From assembly GCA_035221665.1 (NCBI GenBank), contig CM069165.1, positions 3,596,001-3,660,000 on the forward strand: a stretch of DNA of 64,000 bases, written 5' to 3'. Below, one piece after another: positions 1-11,933 of the stretch (position 1 is the stretch's first letter; every line of letters begins with the position of its first letter). The stretch comes from Okamejei kenojei. Lineage: Eukaryota. The notes under the pieces were generated by a model that saw only the letters and a program-made list of their open reading frames with translations, searched no databases and was not told the DNA's origin. A program made the position numbers and the translations under genes.

Positions 1-1180
1 TCGTGGGGCGGAGGGGAGTATGGTGAGCTAAATAACTGAGGGTGGAAAACATTGCGGTTAGTTTGCCACAGCCAGGGATGAGCTATTAGAAATATTGTAA
101 CTGTCGAAATTCCATACAATGGAAACCGGCATAATCAAGCTGGGGGTGCTGAGGGAGAGGGGAGGCAGATAGTGGTGTTGGAGAAAGAGAGGGGAGGGGG
201 AGAGGCAGAGAAAGGGAGAGGGAGCGAGATGGAGGGGAGAGAGATGGTGGGGTAGGAGGGGGGGGGCGGGAGGAAAAAGAGAGGGGAGAGAGATAGAGGG
301 AGTGTGGGCGAAAGGGGATAGGGAGAATTGGAGAGAATGTAGAATAGAGAGGGGTGGGGTGAAAGGGGAGAGATGGAGTGGGCGGAAGTGGATGGGATAC
401 AAGCTAAGCAGTTTATAGCCGGGACTCAGAGGTGGGGAGTGGCAGGGATCGGTTGTCCAATGTCCCCGGCAAAAGGGAGCGGCGGGAGGATCAAGCGTCT
501 CTTTGCTTCTCGCCCACCTCCTCCGTCGCCTTAGTGACATTCCTTATTTCCAGAGATGCTGCTTGTCCCGCTGAATAACGACAGCATGTGTGCCTATGTT
601 TGGTTTAAACCAGCATCTGCATATCCTTCCAACANNNNNNNNNNNNNNNNNNNNNNNNNNNNNNNNNNNNNNNNNNNNNNNNNNNNNNNNNNNNNNNNNN
701 NNNNNNNNNNNNNNNNNNNNNNNNNNNNNNNNNNNNNNNNNNNNNNNNNNNNNNNNNNNNNNNNNNNNNNNNNNNNNNNNNNNNNNNNNNNNNNNNNNNN
801 NNNNNNNNNNNNNNNNNNNNNNNNNNNNNNNNNNNNTTTTCATTTTAAAAAAAAATCGGCATGATAATGTACATCGTTAAATTGCCAAAGTATAAAACAT
901 GACATACATATTTGAAATTCATAAGTATAATTACAAGTATACAGTGCATGGATAGATATGCCGCTGTACATGAACTCGCAATAGGCCTATAGCCCTTTAT
1001 TGATTGCTACACGTTCTTGCANNNNNNNNNNNNNNNNNNNNNNNNNNNNNNNNNNNNNNNNNNNNNNNNNNNNNNNNNNNNNNNNNNNNNNNNNNNNNNN
1101 NNNNNNNNNNNNNNNNNNNNNNNNNNNNNNNNNNNNNNNNNNNNNNNNNNNNNNNNNNNNNNNNNNNNNNNNNNNNNNNN

Positions 1181-1392
1181 CTCTGTTCCCCCTCTCTCAC
1201 TCATCTCTTTCTCCCTGTCTCTATCTCTCCGCCCCCTCTCTGTGTGTCCTCTCTCTCCGTCTCTATCTGTCTCTCTATCTCCCCATCTGTCAATCTCTCT
1301 GTCTCTCTCTGTCACTCTCTGTCACTCAAGTGTCACTCTCTGTCACTATCTTTCTCTCTATGTGTTTCTTTCTTTGTCTCTTACTCTTTCTG

Positions 1393-1471
<79 letters not shown>
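1181..1471. repeat. CT-rich low-complexity tract with pure (CT)n at 1395-1471; similar GA/CT tracts at 150-400, 11900-12255, 32080-32840, 36520-36715, 50460-51000, 55725-56260
   Basis: Directly visible; these tracts explain the S/L/P-rich and R/E/G-rich spurious ORFs. Confidence 0.95.
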
Positions 1472-1473
<2 letters not shown>

Positions 1474-2077
1474 GCATGTTTAACTGTTTCTTTCAGGGAG
1501 CTGTAGATTTGGACAGCAATATATCTCTATCTGTGTTTGTACTACCTGTAGTACACTATATTTTTTTATCCAGAAACCTCGATGGATTCAGTTGGTTTAT
1601 AATCAGCAGAAATTCTGGTTTATCTAACGTACAAGACATTGCAAAGTCCGCACTTGGAGTATTGTTTTCAATTTTGGTCGCCCCGCTATAGAAAGCATGT
1701 TGTTAAGCTGGACAGGGAGCAGAAGTTATTTAAATGTTTCAACTACCTCCTCTGGCAGCTCGTTCCATATGCCCACCACCATCTGTGTGAAAAAAGTTGC
1801 CTCAGTTTCCTACTAAATCCTTGTCCCTCTTAACCTAAACCTACGTTCCTGATCCCCCTATCCTGGGTGTAAAATACTTCGTGCATTCACCTGACCTATT
1901 CCCTCCCACGGTGCGGGGTATCAATTACTAATGGGCATAGGTTTGGGGTGGCACAGTGGTACAGCGGTAGAGTTGATGTCTTACAGCGCCTGAGACCCAG
2001 GTTCGATCCTGACGATGGGCAAAGATTTAATGGGAACCCTTTAAATCAGGGTAAACGTTATCAGGCAGAAGATGGTG

Positions 2078-2162
2078 AGATTTAACGCACCCCTAAAACA
2101 CTGTGTTCCAATAATCTCGATTATATCTTTGCAAATGGGAAAAATGTTAGTTATTATCTTAA
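2078..2162 (+). pseudogene. Degenerate TCR-beta J segment with 12-bp-spacer RSS
   Basis: Heptamer CACTGTG 2099-2105, 12-nt spacer, poor nonamer AGATTTAAC (4/9); then SNNLDYI-F-A-N-G-K, +1 frameshift, MLVII, resembling FGxGTKLxV; candidate donor GTCAGT at 2163; about 10 kb upstream of C-beta. Confidence 0.6.
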
Positions 2163-2269
2163 GTCAGTCATGGCAGGTGTATCGTTAAATGTAAGAACAG
2201 CCGGATACCATAGGAGCTGAAGGTTTGACACTATCGCTTAAATTGACTGAGATACATTTTATCCATGGA

Positions 2270-3310
2270 AAGCTGCAAAAGAAAGCATTTTATCGGGATG
2301 CATCGCTGTCTGGTTTGGATACAGCTCCATCCAAGACTGCATGAAATCGCAGTGAGTTGTGGACGCAGCCACGCAGACGTCGATCACACAAACCAATATC
2401 CATTTTTCCATTGACTCCATCTACACTGCATGCTGCCTCGTCTAGGCCGCTAGCATAATCAAGGACTAGTCTCACCCCGGTCACTCCGTCTTCTCCTCTC
2501 TCTCTTCAAGCAAGATAGTTTTAGTTTTGGTATTTACTTTCACTTTTTTTAGCACATGTACCGAGGTTCAGTGTAAAGCTTTTTTTGTTGCGTGCTAACC
2601 AGTCTGCGGAGTGACTATACATGTTTACACTCAAGATATCCACAATATACCGATACAGGTTCAAGTGAAAACATTTAATGCAACATAAATTCCACGAATG
2701 TACGATTAGATATAGTCCAAGGCACTTCAATGAAGTAGATAGTAGCTCAGGACCACACATTAGTTGTTGATAGGAGATTCCGTTGCCTGATAAGAGCTGG
2801 GTAGAAACTTTTCCTTATTCTGGAGGTAAGCGTATTCACACTTCTGTACCCCTTGGGAGATGGTTGAATCTGGAGTGTCTGGGGTAGACGACCCTTGATT
2901 ATGCTGCTGACCTTGCCAAGGCAGCGTGAAGAGTGCATGGAGTCGATGGAAGGGAAGTTAATTTGTATGATAGTCTGGATTGCGTCCTCTACTCTCTTCA
3001 GTTTCACGTGGTCTTGGATGGAGCTGCTTAGTAACAGTTTCATCCCAGCTGTTACCAGGCAACTGAACCCGCGTCTCACCAGTTAGAGAACTGTCTTGAC
3101 CTCCCGCCTACCCCATTGGAGTACCTTAAACTATATTTAATCAGACTTTACTGGACTTTATCTTGCAATAAACAGTATTCCCTTCATCCTAAATCTGTAC
3201 ACTGTGGGGCGGCACGATTGTAATAATGTTCGGTTTCTTTGACTGCACAACACGTAACACAAAAGCTTTTTACTGTACACGACTCACATGACAATAATAA
3301 ACTAAACTAC
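2270..3310. mobile_element. Rex1/RTE-like LINE 3' fragments in both orientations
   Basis: Recurrent degenerate segments translating as PSIDSIYT..C..KA.SIIKD.SHPG, with a (TAAAC)n tail; the same family recurs at 21.8-22.2 kb and 46.3-49.3 kb. Clade assignment tentative. Confidence 0.6.
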
Positions 3311-4022
3311 ACAAAACAAAGATATATTTGACAAGCATAAACAGGGATCTTGAGGTCCAAGCTCATAACACCCTGAAAATGGCAGCGCAAGTAGATAGCG
3401 CAGTAAAGAATATATACGGTATGCTTGATATTATTGGTCGGGGCATTGAGTGTAAGAGTCAGGATATCACGATGCAGCTTTATAAAACTTTGAGCAGGCT
3501 GCATTTCGATTACTGCACTCATAGAGTCATAGAGTGATGCAGTGTGGTAACAGGTCATTCGGCCCAACTTACCCACACCGGACAACATGTCCCAGCTACT
3601 TTAGTCCCAACTGCCAGTATTTGGTCCATGTCCCACCAACCCTGTCCTATCCATGTACCTGTCAAACTGATTCTTAAATATTGCCATATTCCTTTTCTGA
3701 ACTACCTCCTCTGTCAGCTCGTTCCATAAATCCATCTTGTGTGAAAAAGTAACCCCTCAAACCTATATCCTCTAGTTCTCGATCCACCTACTGTGGGAAC
3801 GAGACTGTGCTCCTTCCCGATCTATTCCTATCATGATCTTATACACCATATTAGATCACCACTCATCCTACTGGTCTCCAGCGAATAGAGCACCAGCATA
3901 TTCAACCTCTGCCTATAGCTCAGAACATCTAGTTCTGGCAAAATCATCGTATATAGTCTCTGTACTCTTAGCAGCTTGACAACATCCTTCCTATAACACG
4001 GCGCACAGAACTGAACAACATA

Positions 4023-5628
4023 CAGTGGCTTGCAAAAGTGTTCCTACCCCTTGAACGTTTCCACATTTTGTCACGTTACAACCACAAACGTAAATGTATT
4101 TTATTGGGATTTTATTTGATAGACCAACACAAATTGGCGCATAATTGTGAAGTGGAAGGAAAATGATACATGGTTTGCAATTTTTTTTACGAATAAAAAA
4201 CTGAAATGTGTGGCATGCAAAAGTATTCAGCCCCCTTTACTCTGATACCCCTAAATAAAATCCAGTGCAACCAATTGCCTTCAGAAGTCACCTAATTGGT
4301 AAATAGAGTCCACTTATGTGTAATCTAATCTCAGTATAAATACAGCTGTTCTGTGAATGCCCCAGAGGTTTGTTAGAGAACATTAGTGAACAAACAGCAT
4401 CATGAAGCCCAAGGAACACACCAGACAGGTCAGGGATAAAGTTGTGGAGAGGTTTAAAGCAGGGTTAGGTAATAAAAAAATACCCCAAGCTTTGAACATT
4501 TCATGGAGCACTGTTCAATCCATCATCCGAAAAGGAAAGAGTATGGCACAACTGCAAACCTACCAAGACATGGCCGTCCAACTAAACTGACAGGCCGGGC
4601 AAGGAGAGCATTGATCAGAGAAGCAGCCAAGAGGCCCATTGTAACTCTGCAGAGATCCACAGCTCAGATGGGAGAATCTGGCCACAGGACAACTATTAGT
4701 CGTGCACTCCACAAATTGGGCCTTTATGGAAGAGTGGTGAGAAGAAAGCCATTGTTGAAACAAAGCGATAAGATGTCCCATTTGCAGTTTGCCACAAGCC
4801 ATGTGGTGGGGACAGTAAACATGTGGAGGAAGGTGCTCTGGTCTGATGAGACCAAAATTAACGTTTTTGTCCTAAATGCAAAACGCTATGTGTGGCGGAA
4901 AACTAACACTGCACATCACCCTGAACACACCATCCCCACTGTGAAACATGGTGGTGGCAGCATCATGCTGTGGGGATGCTTTACTTCAGTAGGGACAGGG
5001 AAGCTGGTCACAGTTGATGGTAAGGTGGATGGAGCCAAATACAGGGCAATCTTGGAAGAAAACATGTAAGAGTCTGCAAAAGACTTGAGACTGGGGCAGG
5101 GGTTCACATTCCAGCAGGACAATGACCCTAAACATAGAGCCAGAGCTACAATTGAATGGTTTAGATCAAAGCATATTCATGTGTTAGAATGGCCCAGTCA
5201 AAGTCCAGACCTAAATCAAATTGAGAATCTCTGGCAAGACTTGAAAATTGCTGTTTACAGACGCTCTCCATCCAATCTGACTGAGGTTGACCTATTTTGC
5301 AAAGAAGAATGGGCAAAAATTTCACTCTCTAGATGTGCGAAGCTGGTGGAGACATACCCCAAAATACTTGCAGCTGTAATTGCAGCGAAAGGTGGTTCTG
5401 CAAAGTATTGTCTCAAAGGGGCTGAATACTTTTGCACGCCACACTTTTCAGTTTTTAAATTGTAATAATATTTGCAAACCATGTATCATTCCCTTCCACT
5501 TCACAATTATGCACCACATTGTGTTGGTCTATCACATGAAATCCCAATAAAATACATTTACGTTTGTGGTTGTAACGTGACAACATGTGGAAAGGTTCAA
5601 GGGGTATGAATACTTTTGCACGCCACTG
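4023..5628 (+). mobile_element. Full-length Tc1-family DNA transposon (DD34E, IR/DR type), defective transposase
   Basis: TA|CAGTGG ... CCACTG|TA; about 210-bp inverted repeats with internal direct repeats; transposase pieces 4402-5410 with GRPTK, WSDETK, QQDND-34aa-E (SPDLNQIENLW); frameshift near 4530 and stop at 5067-5069. Confidence 0.96.
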
Positions 5629-5629
5629 T

Positions 5630-8600
5630 ACTTGTAACTTGACATCACCAACGTATTATACCACTGCAACATGGCCTCCCAACCTCCATACCCAATACTC
5701 TAACTGAAGAAGGCCAATGTGCCAAAAGCCTTTTTGACCACCCAATCTACCTGCGACTCCATCTTCAGGAAACTATGCACATAGACTCCTATATTAATCT
5801 ACGCTACAACACTACCTAGAAGCCTACCATTCAATAGACAATAGACAATAGACAATAGGTGCATGAGTAGGTCATTAGGCCCTTCGAGCCAGCACCGCCT
5901 TTCACTGTGTAGGTCATCCCTATGTTGGACTTCCAAAAATGCAACAGCTCTCATTTATCTGCGTTCATTTCCATCAAACAATCCTCAGCCCACTTAGCCA
6001 ATTGACCAAGTTACTACTGATTTTTTTCACAACCATCTGCACTATAGGCGAAGCCGCCCACTTTTGCATCATCTCCAAATTTGCTAATCTTGCTCTGAAA
6101 GCTATCGTCTAAATCATTCATATTGATCACAAACAGTAACGGGCCCAGCACCGAACCTTGAGGTATACCACTTGTCAGAAGCCTCCAGTCTGATAAGCTA
6201 CCTTCCACCATCACCCTCTGCTTCCTTCCTTGAAGCCAATTTTCTATCCATTCTTCTACCTCTCCTTGGACCCCATGCGATCTAATCGCCCAGGACAGCA
6301 TACCATGAGGAACCTTCACGAATGCTTCAGTGAAGTCCATATATACAACATCTACAGCTCTGCTCTGATCGACATTTTATGTCACATCTACAAGAACCTC
6401 ATAGTTGTGAGCCATTACCTCCCAAGTACAAAACGATGCTGGCAATCCCTAATCAGCCCGTGTCCATCTAAATGTTTGTATAGCCTATCCTTCAGAATAC
6501 TCTCTAGTAATTTTCCAACGGCATGTTAAGCTCACTGACCAAGTTCCAAGCATTTTACTTGCAGACTTGTCCCACTTGAATAAACGCAAATTTGCCACCC
6601 TGTTGATGTCCTCTACCGTTGACCTCCCTGACATTTGAACATATAAGTCTTCTGGCACCAGTCATGTATTTAAAGTCGACTCGTAAATGTCAACCACTGC
6701 TCCCGCAATTTCCTCTCCGGTTTCCCACCATGTCCTCGGATATATATATATGAGCATGCTCTATAAATGTGTCTACCTTCATATAAGATATTGCCTTCAG
6801 CACCTCTTCCACCGTAACACTTGCGTGCAGTTCTGGTCACCCCCTTTACAATATGGATGTGGAGGCTTTGGAAAGTTTGCAGAGGAGGTTTACCAGAATG
6901 TTGCCTGGATTACATGGTTTCAGCTACAGGACGATGTTGGTTTGCGAGCAAATAAAATTCATCAGAATGCTGCCTGGATTTGAGTGCTTAACCTACAGGG
7001 AGAGGTTGGATAGGGTGCAGAGGAACGCTGCCTCAATTAGGATGTTTGAGCTTCACGGAGATATTGAAGAACACTGCTGTAATAGGGATGAATTGCAAAT
7101 GCTGGTTCATACCAAAGACACACATTGCTGGAGTAACGCAATGGATCAGGCAGCATCGCAGGAGAAAAAAAGATAGGTGACTTTTCACGGCATGACTATT
7201 CTTCAAAAATGGATTGTTTTCACTGGAACATCGGAGGTTGATGGGAGATCTGATAGAAGTGTATGAAATCAGGAGGGGCGTACATAGGGAAAACAATCAG
7301 CAAATGTTTCCCTCTGGGGAGAGGGAAAGGGGAACAATAGAGCGAGGAGAGACTGAGAGGTCTAGAAGGGAGGTCAACGATAGAGGAAATAGAACGTTAA
7401 TGGCAAGATCCATAACAGCATCAATGTACAGAAGGATCTTGGGATTCAGGCCCACAGCTCCCTTAAAGTGGCAACGCAAGGATATTGAGCATTATCAAGA
7501 TGTATGTGGTCATGGACCGCGAAGCAGACTGACATACGGATTATAGACGGGCAGAAAATGGCAGATGGAGATTAATCTGACCACTTTAATACAGATAAAT
7601 ATGAGATGTTGCATTTGGGTGCAAAATGGACAGAACTTACAGTTAATTGTAGGGTTCTGGTGAGCGTTGTGGAGATCTAGGAGTACAGTACATAGTTTGG
7701 TGAATTTGTCATAATAGATATATTTGGTGATCATACATGCTTTTGGCACATTGTCCATCATTAGTCAGAGCACTGAACATAGAATTTGGCAGGACATGTT
7801 GCAGTTGTGTAAGCGCAGGAGGATGAGGGGTGATCTGGTAGAGGTGTACAACATTATGAGAGGAATAGATCGGACAGACGCACAAATTCTATTGCCAGAG
7901 TAGGGTGATAAAGAACCAGGGGCACAGGTTTAAGGTGAGACTGGGAAGGAATTAGTAGGAAGCTGAGGGTAACTTTTCCACACAAAAGATTGTAGGTGTA
8001 TGGAAGAAGCTGCCGGACGAGGGAGATGAGGAAGGGACTATCGCAACGTTTAAGAATCATTTGGACAGGTTTAGAGGGAGGTTTGACTAGTGTAGATGAA
8101 ACATGTTAGCCGTCGTGGGGAAGTAGCGTGAAGGGCCTGTTTTCGCGCTGCAGTACTCAATGACCATAATTCTAAGAGTGTGAGGTGTAGCACTTTGCGA
8201 GGTCGAATGTAAGGGGAAAGTCTACAGTTAATGGCAAGACCCCTAACAGCATTGATGTAAAGAGGAATCTTGAAGACGAAGTCCACACCTCCCTGAAAGC
8301 ACTAACATAAGTTTAGTTTAGTTTATAGTCACGTATCATGAAGAGCAGTGAAAATGTTTTATTGCGTGCTAACCAATCAGTGGAAAGAATATACAGATTG
8401 CAATCGAGCCTTCCACATTGTACAGATATTTGATAAATGGAATAACGTTTAGTGCAGTAGATTCAGCGGTAAAGACGGTGTCCCGTATATTTGCTTTATC
8501 AGGCGGTGCATTGAGTACAAGCGTCAGGAAGTCACAATGCAGCTTGATCAAATTTTGATTAGGCCGCATTTAGAATATTACGTGCAGTTCAGGTCACTCC

Positions 8601-8660
8601 CGTTACAGGAATAATGTGGAGGCTTTAGAAAGGGTGCAAAGGAGAGTTATTAGAATGCTG
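5630..8660. mobile_element. Mosaic of old CR1 LINE fragments in both orientations
   Basis: RT motifs AFx[19 protein letters not shown] (6014-6340 -); QRRFTRMLPGL and RLxGDLIEVY pieces on +. Boundaries approximate. Confidence 0.8.
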
Positions 8661-10668
8661 GAGAAACTCAGCGGGTGCAGCAGCATCTAAGGAGCGAATG
8701 AGATAGGCGACGTTTCGGGTCAAGACCCTTCTTCAGACTGGTCAGGGATCAGGGAAACGAGAGATGTAGACGGTGATGTGGAGAGATAAAGAACAATGAA
8801 TGAAAGATATGCAAACAAGTATCGATGATAAAGGGAACAAGCCATTGTAAGCTGTGTGTGGTGTGAAAATGAGAAGCTAGTGCGACTAGGGTGGGCGAGG
8901 GAGATAGAGATAGAGGGAATGCCAGCGCCCGAGGTCTGAGGGAGAGGTGGGAAGGGGAGGAGACAGCAAGGGTTAACAGAATTGAGAAAATTCAATGTTC
9001 AAGCCCAAAGGATGCAGACTCCCCAAGCGGAATATGAGGTGCTGTTCCTCCAACGTGCGGTGTTGCTCACTCTGGCCGTGGAGGAGGCTCAGGACCGAGA
9101 GGTCGGATACAGAATGGGGGGGGGGGAGTTGAAGTGCTGAGCCACCGGGAGGTCGGGTTGGTTTTTGCGGACCGAGCGGAGATGTTCGGCGAAACGATCG
9201 CCAAGCCTCTGCTTGGTCTCACCGATATAGATCATCTGGCATCTGGAGCAGCGGATGCTGTAGATGAGGTTGGAGGAGGTGCAAGTGGACCTCTGTCGGA
9301 CCTGGAAAGACTGCTTGGGTCCCTGAAAGGAGTGGAGGGGGGAGGTAAAGGGACAAGTGTTGCATTTCTTGCGGTTGGAAGGGAAAGTGCCCGGGGAAGG
9401 GGTAGAGCGGGAGGGGAGGGAAGAATTGACAATGGAGTTGCGGAGGGAGCGGTCTTTGCGTAAGGCAGACAGGGGGGGAGATGGGAATATGTGGCGGGTA
9501 GCGGGGTCACGTTGGAGGTGGCGAAAGTGGCGGAGGACTATGTGTTGTATTTGCCGGCTGGAGGGGTGAAAGGTGAGGACCAGGGGGACTCTGTCCTGTT
9601 TGCGAGTGCGGGAATGGGGAGAGAGGGCAATGTTGCGGGGTATGGAGGAGACCCTGGTGCGAGCCTCGTCAATAGTGGGGGATGGAAATCCCCGTTCTCT
9701 GAAGAATGAGGCCATTTGTGATGACCTGGTGAGGAACACCTCATCCTGGGAGCAGATGCGGCGTAGGAGGAATTGGGAATAGGGGATGGAGTCCTTACAG
9801 GAAGCAGTGTGGGAGGAAGAGTAGTCCAGGTAGCTGTGGGAGTCAGTTGGTTTGTAGTGGATGTCGGTCAGGAGTGCATCACCTGCAATAGAGATGGTGA
9901 GGTCAAGGAATGGTAGGGAAATGGTCCATGTGTATTTGAGTGCCGGATGGAAGTTGGTAGTGAAATGAATGAAGTCAGTCAGTTGTGTGTGGGAGTAGGA
10001 GGTGACACCAAAGCAGTCGTCGATGTAACGGAGGTAGAGGTCGGGGATGGGGCCCTGGTACGCCGAGAACAAGGATTGTTCGACGTACCCAACAAAGAGG
10101 CAAGCATAGCTGGGGCCCATGCGTGTGCCCATAGCTACGACTCGTGTTTGGAGGAAATGGGAGGAATCAAAAGATAAGTTATTGAGGGTAAGGACCAACT
10201 CCGCTAGGCAGAGGAGGGTGTCCCCCCTCCCATTCCGTATCCGACCTCTCGGTCCTGGGCCTCCTCCACGGCCAGAGTGAGCAACACCGCAAGTTGGAGG
10301 AACAGCACCTCATATTCCGCTTGGGGAGTCTGCTTCCGTTGGGCTTGAACATCGAATGTTCTCAATTCTGTTAACCGTTGCTGTCTCCTCCCCTTCCCAC
10401 CTCTCCCTCAGACCTCGGGCGCTGGCATTCCCTCTATCTCTATCTCCCTCCCCCACCCTAGTCGCACTAGCTTCTCATTTTCACACCACAAACAGCTTAC
10501 AATTGCTTGTTCCCTTTATCATCGATACATTTTTGCATATATTGCATTCATTGTTCTTTATCTCTCCAAATCATCGTCTATATCTCTCGCTTCCCTGACC
10601 CGCTGATTTTCTCCAGCTTTTTGCGTAACCCTCGATTCTCCAGCATCTGCAGTTCCTTCTTTAACAAA
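8661..10668 (-). mobile_element. 5'-truncated Penelope-like retroelement (RT + GIY-YIG endonuclease) with inverted terminal repeat
   Basis: ORF 9089-10198(-) with AMGT.MGPSYACLF, YIDD, NLIYSIRC..C..IYIGET...LGDRFAEH; 8749-9126 is repeated inverted at 10221-10598; flanking duplication TTATTAGAATGCTG (8647-8660 / 10669-10682) inside a CR1 fragment. Confidence 0.93.
8709..8736 (-). ncRNA. Minimal hammerhead ribozyme core in the Penelope terminal repeat
   Basis: Minus strand CTGAAGA-A-GGGTC-TT-GACCC-GAAAC-GTC: CUGANGA and GAAA boxes, perfect helix II, palindromic ACGT helix III, GUC triplet. Confidence 0.7.
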
Positions 10669-11261
10669 TTATTAGAATGCTGCCTGGATTAGAGTGCCTC
10701 AGCTACAGGGAGAGATGGGAGAGCGTGCAGAGGTGCTTTGCCAGACCGCTGCATGGATTAGTGGTTTCAGATACAGGGGGAGGATGAACAGACCTGGAGT
10801 AAAAAGAACGAACTGCACATTCTGGTTTATTCCAACGATAGATACAAAGTGATGGTGTAACTCAACGGGTTAGGCAGCATCGCTGGAGAAAATAGAATGG
10901 GTGACTTTTCGGGTAGGGCATTACATGCAGTATGTGGAGCATTTGGTGAGGGTGCAGAGGAGATTTACCAACATGATACCTGGATTAGAGAGAATGGCTA
11001 CAGAGAGAGGTGGGCGAATGTGCAGAGAAGGTTTACCAGAATTCAACACGTGTGCGAGACTTAGTCTACAGGGAGAGGTTGCGCAAACTTGGAATGCTTG
11101 TTTTCGGAAGGAGATGGGAGGCTTGGTAGAAGTATATAAAATTATGACACGCAGAGATAGGGTTTACCAATCAGAACCTTACCCTCCCCACTCCTCGAGG
11201 GTGGAAAGGTGAAAGAATTGATGGAATATCATTAAGGTGAACGGGGCAAAGTTTAAAGATG

Positions 11262-11353
11262 GTTACACAAAAAGCTAGAGAAACTCAGAGGGTGCAGCAG
11301 CATCTAAGGAGCGAAGGAGATAGGCGACGTTTCGGGTCGAGACCCTTCTTCAG
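11262..11353 (-). mobile_element. About 92-bp Penelope-derived insertion containing a hammerhead core (11326-11353)
   Basis: Matches the 8661-8736 terminus; flanked by 11-bp duplication GTTTAAAGATG (11251-11261 / 11354-11364). Confidence 0.75.
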
Positions 11354-11765
11354 GTTTAAAGATGTTTTGTTTGCCCAGAGTGCAGTTGGGGCTTTGAACG
11401 CAATGCCAGGAGCGGTAGTGGGGGCAGATACATTAGTGGTGTTTAAGAGGCTTTTAGATAGGCACATGGAAGTGCAGGGAATGGGGGACTATTGATCACG
11501 TGAGGACAACAGTTTAAATTTGTGATCGACATGGTCATTTTGGGGGTGAAGACGTGTTCCTGTGCTGTACTGTTCCGTGTTATATTTCCTAAGTTATGCT
11601 GGGTGATAAATGTGTCGCTTTGAACCATTGTTGTTGAATATTCTTGCGCCCTCAATCAAATTTATTGATGCAATATATCTTTATTTTTAATACTCTAGTA
11701 TGAATCAGGGTATCTACAGGACAAAGAAAGCTGGAAGGAGTGAGAACGATAGAGATAGGAAGAGA

Positions 11766-11822
11766 AAGTGGGGATAATGGTTCCATTAGATTCTCCCACT
11801 AATGGAACCTTTATCCCCACTT
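11766..11822. repeat. Near-perfect inverted repeat (24-bp arms, 1 mismatch, 9-nt loop)
   Basis: AAGTGGGGATAATGGTTCCATTAG-attctccca-CTAATGGAACCTTTATCCCCACTT. Confidence 0.9.
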
Positions 11823-11897
11823 CCACTATATTCAAAAGCATTAGAAGCTGTACTATTCTGTTCTACTATAACAAATGCGATCTAACAGTGTTTTTAT

Positions 11898-11933
<36 letters not shown>

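Noticed and set aside
1945-2020. tRNA gene
   Set aside because: SINE head: continues into SINE body in other copies and lacks a full cloverleaf.
3190-3260. CACTGTG-GGGCGG-CACGATT, superficially a D segment between two heptamers
   Set aside because: Part of a dispersed LINE 3' tail seen elsewhere in the window; no correctly spaced nonamers.
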